64,000 nt of DNA. Origin: an uncultured candidatus Porisulfidus sp. GTDB taxonomy: Bacteria; Pseudomonadota; Gammaproteobacteria; Poriferisulfidales; Oxydemutatoraceae. The notes under the pieces were generated by a model. It was given only the letters and a program-made list of their open reading frames with translations. It was not told the origin of the DNA and did no database searches. The stretch covers positions 288,001-352,000 of the forward strand of contig OZ244052.1 of NCBI GenBank assembly GCA_965215125.1, given 5' to 3'. The translations under genes and the position numbers were made by a program. Position 1 is the first letter of the stretch. Each line of letters starts with the position of its first letter. Shown one piece after another: positions 8,514 through 17,859 of this stretch.

Positions 8514-9956
8514 TTGCCGACAATGACTATAGAATTAACAAAAGATTGGATCAAAAACTTAAAAACAGAGAAGGCTTATAACCTTTCGAGTCTCTTTTTG
8601 GACAATACCAAACCCAGAGAAGTTCTTTTTATATTGCAAAACCTAGGGCATCTGTCTACTAATTTCGACGATAGTTGTATCTTGCCTTTGGTAACCGATA
8701 AAAACCAGAAGATCCGTCTTTGGTCAATTAAAACATTAGGCAAAACCAAAAAAATAAAAAACCTACATGTGTTAGAAAAAGTAGCATATCGGGATACATC
8801 AACCGAGGTTAGAAGAGAAGCAATTTCCTCTATCGGTAGAATCAAGGATAAAGTGATTATTCCTACTCTAATCAAATTTCTTAACGACGATGATCCTAAA
8901 ATTGTTTTGCAAGCAATTAGAGGGCTTCTAACTTTTAGGACAGAACCTAAAGTCTGCCATGTACTTAAGAAATGTGCAACACATCCCAATGAAACGGTAC
9001 AGAAAGTCATTAAAAAAGAGTTTTTATCGGAAAATAAAACAATACCTAGAGAACAAAACCACCCTCAATCTTATCCTTTCTTAAAAAATGTGGTCGTGTT
9101 GGGCGATGTGAGAAAGACATTGAAGTATGTACCCGATGAGAGTTTTCATCTCACTTTTACATCGCCACCATACTATAACGCGAGAGATTACTCTATCTAC
9201 AAAAGTTATCGTGAGTACTTAGATTTTCTGAAAGAGGTTTTTTCCCTAACTTATAACAAAACCAAAGAAGGTCGTTTTCTAATAGTCAATACATCACCAA
9301 TTATTATTCCTAGAGTAAGCCGTCGGTATTCCAGCAAGCGATACCCCATACCCTTTGATATTCATAATTTTTTAGTGCCGATGGGTTGGGATTTCATAGA
9401 CGATATCGTCTGGGTGAAACCTGAATCCAGCGTCAAAAATAGAAATGCAGGCTTTTTACAGCATAGAAAACCACTTGCATATAAACCGAATACCGTAACC
9501 GAATATCTAATGGTCTATAGAAAAAAAAGCGATAAATTAATAGACTGGAATATCCACCAATACGACTCGAATACCGTTAACGATAGTAAAGTCAAAGATG
9601 GTTATGAAACATCCAATGTGTGGGAAATTGACCCCAAACATAACAAAATTCATTCGGCAGTTTTCCCCGACAGTTTATGCAAACGAGTCATAGAATATTA
9701 TTCCTTCAAAAATGATTTAGTGTTTGACCCGTTCGCCGGAAGCGGCACTTTCGGCAGAGTGGCTAAGTGCCTTAATAGATTTTTTTTCCTTACCGAAAAA
9801 GAATCCAAGTATTTCAATTATATAAAAGCCTCTTTTTCTAAAGAGGGCACTTTGTTTGAGAAAGAAGAAAAGAGAAACTCCTTTCTATGTCTGGATGAAT
9901 TTGGGACTGTTGAAAAAGTGCTGGCATCGCAAAAATCCAACCGCTATGCGCTGTGA
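8514..9956 (+). CDS. HEAT-repeat + beta-class (probably N4-cytosine) DNA methyltransferase fusion
   Basis: N-terminal HEAT-like repeats (IRLWSIKTLGK, EVRREAISSIGRI, DDDPKIVLQAIRGL). Motif IV FTSPPYY precedes motif I DPFAGSGT. Confidence 0.85.
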   Translation: MPTMTIELTKDWIKNLKTEKAYNLSSLFLDNTKPREVLFILQNLGHLSTNFDDSCILPLVTDKNQKIRLWSIKTLGKTKKIKNLHVLEKVAYRDTSTEVRREAISSIGRIKDKVIIPTLIKFLNDDDPKIVLQAIRGLLTFRTEPKVCHVLKKCATHPNETVQKVIKKEFLSENKTIPREQNHPQSYPFLKNVVVLGDVRKTLKYVPDESFHLTFTSPPYYNARDYSIYKSYREYLDFLKEVFSLTYNKTKEGRFLIVNTSPIIIPRVSRRYSSKRYPIPFDIHNFLVPMGWDFIDDIVWVKPESSVKNRNAGFLQHRKPLAYKPNTVTEYLMVYRKKSDKLIDWNIHQYDSNTVNDSKVKDGYETSNVWEIDPKHNKIHSAVFPDSLCKRVIEYYSFKNDLVFDPFAGSGTFGRVAKCLNRFFFLTEKESKYFNYIKASFSKEGTLFEKEEKRNSFLCLDEFGTVEKVLASQKSNRYAL

Positions 9957-10354
9957 ATATTTATAAACCGCCGTAGGGGCGGACTGGCATGATGCCTTAT
10001 TAAAAATCAAGCCGTTTTATTCATTTTTTATCTCCTTTTGTGAGTATCGATTTAGGACGCAAATGCTCAACAATAATTCGTGTCAAACGGTTGCTTGTGC
10101 GTGGTGACCCCATAAATAATACGCGTGAGCTTATGAGCGCAAGCAACAATAATCTGCTTTTTAGTTAACTCCGGACGCCGCCGACTTAATTGGTCGGCAA
10201 ATGCACGGATGGTTAGGTTATGCCGACGTGCCGAGAGTGCTGCCATAAATAGGAGGGTGCGCAGGTCGGCATTGCCCTGTTTAGAGATGGGCGTGGGCGA
10301 TGCGCAGTTGCCGGATTGCTTGTGCTTGGGCGTGATGCCGATATAGGCGGCGAG

Positions 10355-11495
10355 TGTACAATGCCAGATACATATTGGACTCTTTAGAACCTAATCTTTC
10401 CACTAGGAAAAGTACTTTTCCTAGTGGAAAAATACCTCTTAAATCAAAGTAGCCGACATGCAAAACCAGCACATCGGCTACCGCATTACAGGTTTTTATA
10501 AAATAGCCTCTTTTTCCAACAAAACGGAGGCTATGATGGCAACAGATGCCAAACAAAAACTTAATGCATTAGAATTTTGGAACAAACACGGCTTAAACGC
10601 AACCCAAGACTTTGTCGGGGTGAGCCGTTCCACCCTATACCGCTGGAAAAAGTGCTTTGACGAGGGCGGTGTATCCGCTTTGCGAGACGCAAGTAAAGCA
10701 CCTCGGCAGCATCGTCGCCGTAATTGGTCTACTCACATCAGCGATGAGATTAGGCGACTGCGACACAGCTATCCGAATATGGGTGCGCCGAAGATTTATT
10801 ACTTCTTAAAGCCGTGGTGTGATGCACGCGAACTGCAGTGTCCGAAGCCGCGCACCATTGCACGGTTGATTGCCGATGCATCCGACAACATGCGCTGTTC
10901 GCCCCCTAAACTCTCTAAAAGAAAACACAAATGCAAGACTTCTCAACCACGCAACCGTCTCAGCAAAGATGCCAAAGCGCAATTTCCCGGACACTGCGTG
11001 GCTATGGATACTATCCATTATTTCGTTAATCGAACACGCTATTATCTGTTCACTGCGATTGACCACTACAGCCGTTTTGCCGTTGCCATTACCTGCCGAC
11101 GCGCCCACAGTAAAAATGCTGCGACATTCGCAAGATTGGTGGACACGGTATTCCCCGGCAACCTCTCTCAAGTACTGACCGACAACGGGAGCGAGTTTGC
11201 CGGCGACTTCGAGGCTTATCTACAACGACACAACATTAAACACTGTTATACTTATCCTCGTTGCCCGAAAATGAATGCCATAGACGAGAGATTTAACCGT
11301 ACCATTCAGGAGGAGTTTGTAGCACATCATGAGGATATTTTAGTGACCGATTTAGCACAATTTAACGACGTATTATTTGAGTATCTCGGGCGGTATAACT
11401 TCAGGAGACCGCACCAAAGTCTAGCCTATAAAACACCGGCACAACAGCTTGCTTCCTTTTGTCCCCATTTGTCCAATATGTCATGGCATCGTACA
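10355..11495 (+). mobile_element. IS481-family insertion sequence (1141 bp)
   Basis: Imperfect IRs TGTACAATGCCAGATACATATTGGAC / TGTACGATGCCATGACATATTGGAC. 5-bp TSD GCGAG at 10350-10354 and 11496-11500. Confidence 0.88.
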
Positions 11496-11561
11496 GCGAG
11501 TTGCTTTGGATGGCGAAACGTATTATCATCCAGTACTGCACACAGGGCAGCCGCAGTTTGA
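10458..11561 (+). CDS. IS481-family DDE transposase (HTH + rve integrase core)
   Basis: GVSRSTLYRW; VAMDT; LTDNGSEF; IDERFNRTIQEEF; YNFRRPHQSL. The frame reads through the right IR into IS110 DNA. Confidence 0.9.
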   Translation: MQNQHIGYRITGFYKIASFSNKTEAMMATDAKQKLNALEFWNKHGLNATQDFVGVSRSTLYRWKKCFDEGGVSALRDASKAPRQHRRRNWSTHISDEIRRLRHSYPNMGAPKIYYFLKPWCDARELQCPKPRTIARLIADASDNMRCSPPKLSKRKHKCKTSQPRNRLSKDAKAQFPGHCVAMDTIHYFVNRTRYYLFTAIDHYSRFAVAITCRRAHSKNAATFARLVDTVFPGNLSQVLTDNGSEFAGDFEAYLQRHNIKHCYTYPRCPKMNAIDERFNRTIQEEFVAHHEDILVTDLAQFNDVLFEYLGRYNFRRPHQSLAYKTPAQQLASFCPHLSNMSWHRTASCFGWRNVLSSSTAHRAAAV

Positions 11562-12244
11562 GTTCCGATTCCAGGAATGGAACACAGCAACTGGTGAAGC
11601 TGTGTGAGGTGCTCGTCTTGAGCGATGATTTTGTCCATTGAGGCATTAATCTTATCGATCTGCTTCTCATGGTTCTTCAGGCTAGTGGCTGCCACCTTTT
11701 TTTGCTTCGCATCGCGCAGGGTATTAGCGCAATTGCTTAACATCGTACAACACTTGACTAATTCCCTGCGCCATTTCAGTGCGTCGCGCAAAGCTTGCAC
11801 AGCCGGTGAGGGCTTTTGCCAATTGTTTTCAGGCGGGATAGCAAATACGAAGCGTGCGATGATACGCGCATCCACGCGATCGGTTTTACTGCGTATGCCG
11901 AGCGAGTCGCGGAATCTAGCGATCAGCACCGGTGCTGCCACGATGATTGGATGCCCGGCATCATAGCCGGCCATGCACAGGTCTAGTTCAAGACCGCCGG
12001 TCGCCTCAACACAGATGCGACACTGCTGTGCGCGGTGTTTGCTCGTCCAAGCTAACAACTGTTTGATGCCTTGGGCATCACTACTAAATTGTTGCTCGGC
12101 AAAACTATTATCAGTGAATAATAGAGCCGCCTCTAAAGTGTCTTTAGAGACATCAACGCCAATCGTGACGGGTTGTTTGTTTTCCATAATAAATTACTCC
12201 ATAAGGGTTGGTTAATGAATGAAATACTAGGTATCAAACACAGT

Positions 12245-12425
12245 TTAGGAAAGTATGACTACGCCGCCCAAACAGATGAATACGAGATCTAAAGTCCCAA
12301 GCTGCCTTTCGAGCTCTATAGTCATAACGCCGGAGGAGTGCTTTTCATACCATCAGGCTTTAATGCCTCGTCCGTCCTGCAGCGTGTCTCCTCCGACTTC
12401 CTAGGCACTGCATCTGCCTAAGCGT
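12245..12425 (-). ncRNA. IS110 bridge RNA (predicted)
   Basis: Three elements on the minus strand: 5' hairpin taggca/tgccta, target-binding loop closed by gtcggaggag/ctcctccggc, donor-binding loop closed by tatgacta/tagtcata. Loop sequences match the target and donor junctions. Ends approximate. Confidence 0.8.
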
Positions 12426-12489
12426 TTATCTTATATCAAATAAGCCAGGGTTTAATATATCTGTCCGCCCTAAAGTTCCGTTCTGCACA

Positions 12490-12812
12490 GCCGTAACCGC
12501 TTGCGCCGTATGGTTTTGGTTTCCATAAATCGGGTGGATGAATGTATAAATCTTGCAGATACGACACAACCACCCCGTCAGGCTGCGCCTGCCACCCCTC
12601 CGAAGGAGGGGAATGTACCGTTCCTACAGTTCGTGGATACTTTTTCAACAGTCCCACGCAGCAACCACTCCATGGAAAGGCTTTACATTTTGTACTATGT
12701 ATCAAAGTTCTGCACAATGTCACGCCGTTTGTGCTACTGCAACAAACGGCGGTTCTATCGCGCCTGCCACCCCTCCACAGGAGGGGAATAATACTCTTTA
12801 AACAGTCCCAAT
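12490..12812. repeat. Dispersed modular repeat cluster
   Basis: Inverse copy of the 8140-8290 modules (caaccaccccgtcaggctgcgcctgccacccctccgaaggaggggaatgtacc), plus ggaaaggctttacattttgta and cccctccacaggaggggaa. Confidence 0.75.
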
Positions 12813-12928
12813 TTAAGAACACCCTTAAAGAATGACACTAAGCGAACGTATTGAAAAAATATTTAACGAGATATTCGTTAATTAAACATAAGCTGTTAAT
12901 CGGAAGAATTGCCGTAAAATAATCTCTT

Positions 12929-14020
12929 ATGGAGATGGATGCGCTTGCCGATAGAATTAAACGATGGGGAATAGAACTCGGCTTTTCCGATGTCGGTTTC
13001 GCCAATACCGAATTGCACGGTTATGAACTCAAGCTACTGGAGTGGTTGAACGATGGAATGCACGGTGAGATGCATTTTATGGAAAAACACGGCAACAAGC
13101 GCAGTAGACCCGAAAAATTAATCGACGGTACCGTTAGCATCATATCGGTGCGCATGAATTATCTCGATAAGGATGCTACGGATGCAGATACGGTATTAAA
13201 GCAACCCGAAAAAGCGTATATTTCCCGCTATGCCTTGGGGCGCGATTACCACAAATTGATACGCAAAAGATTGCAGCGGCTCGCCGATAAAATTACCCAG
13301 GCGATCGGACCTTTTGCATACCGCGCATTCAGCGATAGCGCGCCGGTATTGGAGAAGCCGCTTGCCGAACAAGCCGCACTCGGTTGGATCGGCAAGCACA
13401 CGCTATTGCTCGATCGCTCTGCCGGTTCGTGGTTTTTCTTAGGGGAGCTGTATACGAATTTGGCACTCCCACCGTCTACCCCGACGACGAATCACTGCGG
13501 GAGCTGTGAACGTTGCATGGATATATGCCCGACTCGAGCTATCGTTGCACCCTATAAACTGGATGCACGACGTTGCATCGCTTATTTAACGATAGAACTT
13601 AAGGGTTCTATCCCGGTAGAGTTGCGTCCTCTGATGGGCAATCGCATATTCGGCTGCGACGATTGTCAACTGGTTTGCCCGTGGAACCGTTATGTGCGCT
13701 ATTCCACCGAAGAAAAATTTCGCACACTACATAATCTGGATTCGGCAGATTTGATAGAACTATTTTCATGGAACGAACAAATGTTTTGCGACAGATTGGC
13801 GGGGTCGGTCATTAAACGTAGCGGTTATGAAAGTTGGCTCAGGAATATCGCAGTGGCACTCGGCAATGCACCCGGTAGCGATGAAGTTATACGAGCTTTG
13901 AAGACACGCCTGCACCATCCTTCCGAAATCGTTCGTGAGCATGTACGATGGGGCATCGCACAACATACTCGGAATACCGATACTAAGTGTTCCCCTCGCG
14001 CCACGCCAGATATTTATTAA
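12929..14020 (+). CDS. queG: Epoxyqueuosine reductase
   Basis: ISRYALGRDYH, DSAPVLEK, CGSCERCMDICPT, GCDDCQLVCPWN. Confidence 0.95.
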   Translation: MEMDALADRIKRWGIELGFSDVGFANTELHGYELKLLEWLNDGMHGEMHFMEKHGNKRSRPEKLIDGTVSIISVRMNYLDKDATDADTVLKQPEKAYISRYALGRDYHKLIRKRLQRLADKITQAIGPFAYRAFSDSAPVLEKPLAEQAALGWIGKHTLLLDRSAGSWFFLGELYTNLALPPSTPTTNHCGSCERCMDICPTRAIVAPYKLDARRCIAYLTIELKGSIPVELRPLMGNRIFGCDDCQLVCPWNRYVRYSTEEKFRTLHNLDSADLIELFSWNEQMFCDRLAGSVIKRSGYESWLRNIAVALGNAPGSDEVIRALKTRLHHPSEIVREHVRWGIAQHTRNTDTKCSPRATPDIY

Positions 14021-15590
14021 TCAGACCGCGGGTCGAAGCGTCCAACGAGGTTATCACATCGCTTTTATCTTCGCTCGGATTGTTTTGCAAGCAATCAAAA
14101 ACTCGGCTCGCTAGTTGCTTTCCTTGTTCCACCCCCCACTGGTCGAAAGAATTAATCCCCCAAATCAAGCCCTCACAAAATACTTTGTGTTCGTACAATG
14201 CAATTAAAGAACCCAAAGTGTGCGGGCTAAGTTTACGGAGCATAATCGTATTGTTCGGTCGATCTCCCGGACATTCACGCTCGGATGCACCGTCCTGTAC
14301 GCCCTGCATCAACGCATGAGACTGAGCAAAACAACTTGCATGAGGCCAAGCCCCCCCGTCGGTTTTATTAGCGATACCGTCGGTGTCGGCAGTCACGATG
14401 AAATCAATCGGGATTAATCGCGTGCCTTGATGCAAAAGTTGGTAATATGCGTGCTGCCCGTCCAGAGCCTTCCCACCCCATATTACCGGAGCCGTATCGC
14501 AATCGAGTCTCTGCCCGTATCTATCCACGCGTTTGCCGTTGCTTTCCATTTCCACCTGTTGCAAATAATCGGGTAATAGTTCCAAGCGGGTGTCGTAACA
14601 CAACACGGCATGGCTTTGTGCATCGTGAAAATTGTTATACCAAATGCCGAGCAAGGCTAGAATAACCGGCATATTCTTTTCCGGTTCGGCGGTTTGAAAG
14701 TGCCGATCCATTCGGTAAGCACCGGTCAATAACTGTTCGTATATCTCCATACCCAAGTTTACTGCAAGCGGTAATCCCGCTGCCGAACACAAAGAATAAC
14801 GACCGCCTATCGTAGTCGGTATCGCTAAGCAATGCTCGGGGGCGATACCGAACTCAACAGCTCGGGCACACTCGGCTGTCACCGCAAACATCCGATTTTC
14901 TGCACCATTGCCCAACCAAGTTTTAGCATAGCTTGCATTCATCAAGGTTTCTCGGGTTTTGAATTTCTTAGAAATAACGATAAAACAGGTATGTTCGGGG
15001 TTCAACTCGGACAGCAAAGACTCTAATTCCCCACAACCTACCGTAGAAACAAAATGAACCCTGGAGGGTGTTTGCTTATAAGTCGCTAGGGCTTGACTTG
15101 CCATCGCCGGACCGATATGCGACCCTCCTATGCCCAGACTGACGACATCGGTAATCGTTTGTCCGCTGGCACGGTGCGGAACCGAACCGGACAATTCCAA
15201 ACATAATTCTTGCATTCGTTGTTTGGTTGCAATAATCTCGGTGTTCAAATCATCGGCATTCGGTTCATCCGACCGGCTACGAGGTTGACGCAAGACGGTA
15301 TGCAACGCTGCCTGTTTTTCACTTAGATTGATTTCGTCGCCTTTGAATAACCGCGCTCGCCAATCTATAAAATCCGACGAGTTCAATAATTCTACCAATA
15401 GCTTTATAGTCTCGTCGGTAAATTTATTTTTTGAATAATCTAGAAATAGGTCGTGTACTTCTATTGAATATTTGTCAAAGCGCTCGCGGTCTTGTGCGAA
15501 TAGATCGTGCAGTCGCATCGATTGCGATTGCGCATGGTGTGCCTTTAACTTTTTTAGGATATCCGTTTTTTGATTAGAATATGGCTTCAT
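13983..15590 (-). CDS. pgi: Glucose-6-phosphate isomerase
   Basis: GIGGSHIGP, GGRYS, QQVEMESNGK, INSFDQWGVEQGK. Confidence 0.95.
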   Translation of the reverse strand: MKPYSNQKTDILKKLKAHHAQSQSMRLHDLFAQDRERFDKYSIEVHDLFLDYSKNKFTDETIKLLVELLNSSDFIDWRARLFKGDEINLSEKQAALHTVLRQPRSRSDEPNADDLNTEIIATKQRMQELCLELSGSVPHRASGQTITDVVSLGIGGSHIGPAMASQALATYKQTPSRVHFVSTVGCGELESLLSELNPEHTCFIVISKKFKTRETLMNASYAKTWLGNGAENRMFAVTAECARAVEFGIAPEHCLAIPTTIGGRYSLCSAAGLPLAVNLGMEIYEQLLTGAYRMDRHFQTAEPEKNMPVILALLGIWYNNFHDAQSHAVLCYDTRLELLPDYLQQVEMESNGKRVDRYGQRLDCDTAPVIWGGKALDGQHAYYQLLHQGTRLIPIDFIVTADTDGIANKTDGGAWPHASCFAQSHALMQGVQDGASERECPGDRPNNTIMLRKLSPHTLGSLIALYEHKVFCEGLIWGINSFDQWGVEQGKQLASRVFDCLQNNPSEDKSDVITSLDASTRGLINKYLAWREGNT

Positions 15591-15689
15591 TTTGTATTGT
15601 GTTGTGCAAAGCCGATAGCTTAAACGATTAACGAACTTTGCGCTTTATCACGATTATTATACAAAAGATAGCCGATACTATTGATTAAA

Positions 15690-16274
15690 TTAGATAGATC
15701 TATAGGGACTATAGCAATAGTATTTAGGTTTGTTATCCAATCTGATATGCAACCATGCCACACCGCCACCTGCGGTGTTCAGCCATCTAGGTGTGTTATC
15801 CAGATGTGCCTCAACCAGCCGACCGACTCGCTGCCACAACGCGTGATTTTGATGATCGGGCGCATGTCTGCTAAATGCCGCTAAATGACCGTAGGCAAAG
15901 ACTTCGGCTTTAGGACACGGGGCTACCAACCAAGCGTCTCTACCCAAGTTAGGAAATGCAACTACATCTTTATCCGAAAAATAGCCTGCAAATGCATCGG
16001 CATCGGGAGGTAGGTCTAATCCCGGGCTATCTATTATCACGAACTCAAAAGGACGATGCACGGTGTCCGAACTCAGCGGCGGTGTCTCCCAACGATAAGC
16101 GATATATTCAATACTTGATAAGAAACCGATATAAAAGGCTCTGAAAATATCACTTTTCTGCCATAAGGCGATCACCGAATGATAACTCATTACGGCACCT
16201 TCCTTTAATATACGTACCTTTAGTACCCCTTTAGTAGCAACCTCCTCGTTTACACGAGTTTCAAACATACCCAA
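15690..16274 (-). CDS. Conserved hypothetical protein (DUF6940-like)
   Basis: YRWETPP, FPNLGRDAWLVAP, WLNTAGGGVAWLHIRLD..PKYY; family recalled from memory. Confidence 0.65.
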   Translation of the reverse strand: MGMFETRVNEEVATKGVLKVRILKEGAVMSYHSVIALWQKSDIFRAFYIGFLSSIEYIAYRWETPPLSSDTVHRPFEFVIIDSPGLDLPPDADAFAGYFSDKDVVAFPNLGRDAWLVAPCPKAEVFAYGHLAAFSRHAPDHQNHALWQRVGRLVEAHLDNTPRWLNTAGGGVAWLHIRLDNKPKYYCYSPYRSI

Positions 16275-16279
16275 TCTCC

Positions 16280-16954
16280 TTAGGAATTTATACCGCCCAA
16301 CAATTCAACCAATCCCGACAATGCCGAGCGACCGATAGTGTCTTTGTACACCTGAATAATCGGCACCTCGGTCCAGACACTTAATTCGCGTTGATTATCA
16401 AGCTCGCTTCCATAAGTCTGCGGATGCATGCGATTAAGCACCACTGCGATAGCTTTGAGCTTCCGAGCGGCGAGTACTTCTAAGGTCAGTAATATGTGAT
16501 TGATGCAACCCAAACGATCGGGCGATACAACGATCGCCGGAAATTCCAATGCCGATATTAAGTCTACATTAAGGCCGTCGGCGGCGATAGGAGACAACAA
16601 CCCGCCGGCACCCTCCACTACCACGAATTGTTCTTCGCAACGGCAACAGGTAGCGAGTTGCGCTATCGTATGTGTTGCACCCGCCAGTATCGCCGCGCGT
16701 TGCGGTGAGGTCTCCGCTTTATAACGATAAGGGCATACTCGTTCAATCGACTGGGGGGATACCGAGGCTGCCGCCAAGCGAACGGCATCTTGGGCGATCA
16801 ATCCATGCTCACCCTCCGAACAACCGCTTTCTACCGGTTTGCGCACCGCCACGCTTAGACCGGTCTCCTCCAGTGCTTTTATTAAGTGGCATGCGATTAC
16901 TGTTTTACCTATTCCCGTATCGGTGCCGGTAATAAACACCCCCGAACCGATCAT
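16280..16954 (-). CDS. bioD: Dethiobiotin synthase
   Basis: FITGTDTGIGKT, KPVESG, VVEGAGG, LGCINH. Confidence 0.93.
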   Translation of the reverse strand: MIGSGVFITGTDTGIGKTVIACHLIKALEETGLSVAVRKPVESGCSEGEHGLIAQDAVRLAAASVSPQSIERVCPYRYKAETSPQRAAILAGATHTIAQLATCCRCEEQFVVVEGAGGLLSPIAADGLNVDLISALEFPAIVVSPDRLGCINHILLTLEVLAARKLKAIAVVLNRMHPQTYGSELDNQRELSVWTEVPIIQVYKDTIGRSALSGLVELLGGINS

Positions 16955-16955
16955 C

Positions 16956-17843
16956 TCAACCTTTAGCCAACAATAGATTTTCAATCCATCTATATTTTTC
17001 GGTGGTTTGCTCTACAACCTCTAAAGGAAGTTCGGGTGGCGGTGTTTGCGCATCCCAATTCTGCCGTATCAAGTAGTTGCGTATATATTGTTTGTCAAAA
17101 CTGGTCGGTTCGGCACCGGGACGGTAGCTTTGCAAGTCCCAAAAACGCGAGGAATCGGGGGTTAGTATTTCGTCTATCAGTAGCAAATGTCCTTCCGGGT
17201 CAATGCCGAATTCAAACTTGGTGTCGGCGATTATGATGCCGCGATCATAAGCGTAGTCGCTACAAAGTCGGTAAATCTCAAGTGCCGTGTCGCGAATTTC
17301 GGCAGACATTTCCGCACCTATGGAGTCTGCCATTTGCTCGAAGCTGATGGGTATATCGTGTGCGCCTATCTCGGCTTTGGTAGTCGGTGTGAAAATAGCC
17401 TCGGGCAACCGCTCGCCGAGTTGCAATCCGGCATCCAAAGAAATGCCGCATAACTCACCGTTGTCTCGGTAGTCGTTCCATGCAGAACCGTATAAATAAC
17501 CGCGCACAATCGCTTCTATGGCAAGCGGTTTCACTTTTTTCACAACCATGCTACGCTCGGCTAACTGCGGCCGATGTTTCAATTCCGGCACGCTATCGAT
17601 TGCCGCTATATCGGTGGTATGGTTGGGAACTATCGTTGCGGTTTTATCGAACCAAAAGGTACTCAGCGAGGTCAATACTCTACCTTTATCGGGAATCGGA
17701 GTCGGGAATACGACATCAAACGCCGAGAGCCGATCGCTGGCAACCATCAATATATGTGGTTCGTCTAAATCATACAGATCTCGGACTTTACCTTTGCACA
17801 ACAACGGTACGGATTCTAAATTAGAATCGTATATTGCGTCCAT
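16956..17843 (-). CDS. purC: SAICAR synthase
   Basis: GKVRDLY, SDRLSAFD, IADTKFEFG, DEILTPDSSRFW. Start MDAIY. Confidence 0.95.
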   Translation of the reverse strand: MDAIYDSNLESVPLLCKGKVRDLYDLDEPHILMVASDRLSAFDVVFPTPIPDKGRVLTSLSTFWFDKTATIVPNHTTDIAAIDSVPELKHRPQLAERSMVVKKVKPLAIEAIVRGYLYGSAWNDYRDNGELCGISLDAGLQLGERLPEAIFTPTTKAEIGAHDIPISFEQMADSIGAEMSAEIRDTALEIYRLCSDYAYDRGIIIADTKFEFGIDPEGHLLLIDEILTPDSSRFWDLQSYRPGAEPTSFDKQYIRNYLIRQNWDAQTPPPELPLEVVEQTTEKYRWIENLLLAKG

Positions 17844-17859
17844 CGTTATACGTTTGTCG

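Larger units (their letters stand above)
10067..12187 (-). pseudogene. IS110 recombinase split by IS481 (12187..11496 joined to 10349..10067, 324 aa)
   Basis: N-part: IGVDVSKD, CVEATGG, KTDRVDA, SIPGIG...PKQLA. C-part translated by hand: AYIGITPKHKQSGN...ISKQGNADLRTLLFMAA...ACAHKLTRIIYGV. The two join in frame once the IS and one TSD are removed. Confidence 0.92.
9990..12463 (-). mobile_element. IS110-family (IS621-like) element, ~1.33 kb when empty, interrupted by IS481
   Basis: CA core (minus strand) at 9990-9991 and 12462-12463. Removing the element restores the hairpin aggggcggac-tggcat-gtccgccct. DEDD recombinase with a long 5' non-coding end. Confidence 0.9.
9903..12655. mobile_element. 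TIR-bounded MITE-like element (~280 bp when empty) hosting the nested IS110 and IS481
   Basis: Perfect 17-bp inverted repeats gggactgttgaaaaagt (9903-9919) and actttttcaacagtccc (12639-12655). No clear target-site duplication. Confidence 0.55.

Noticed and set aside
12436-12835. Several overlapping short ORFs (also 725-952 and 8104-8352)
   Set aside because: They are translations of repeat modules (PPLRRRG, PPKEGN recur) with no protein-family features.
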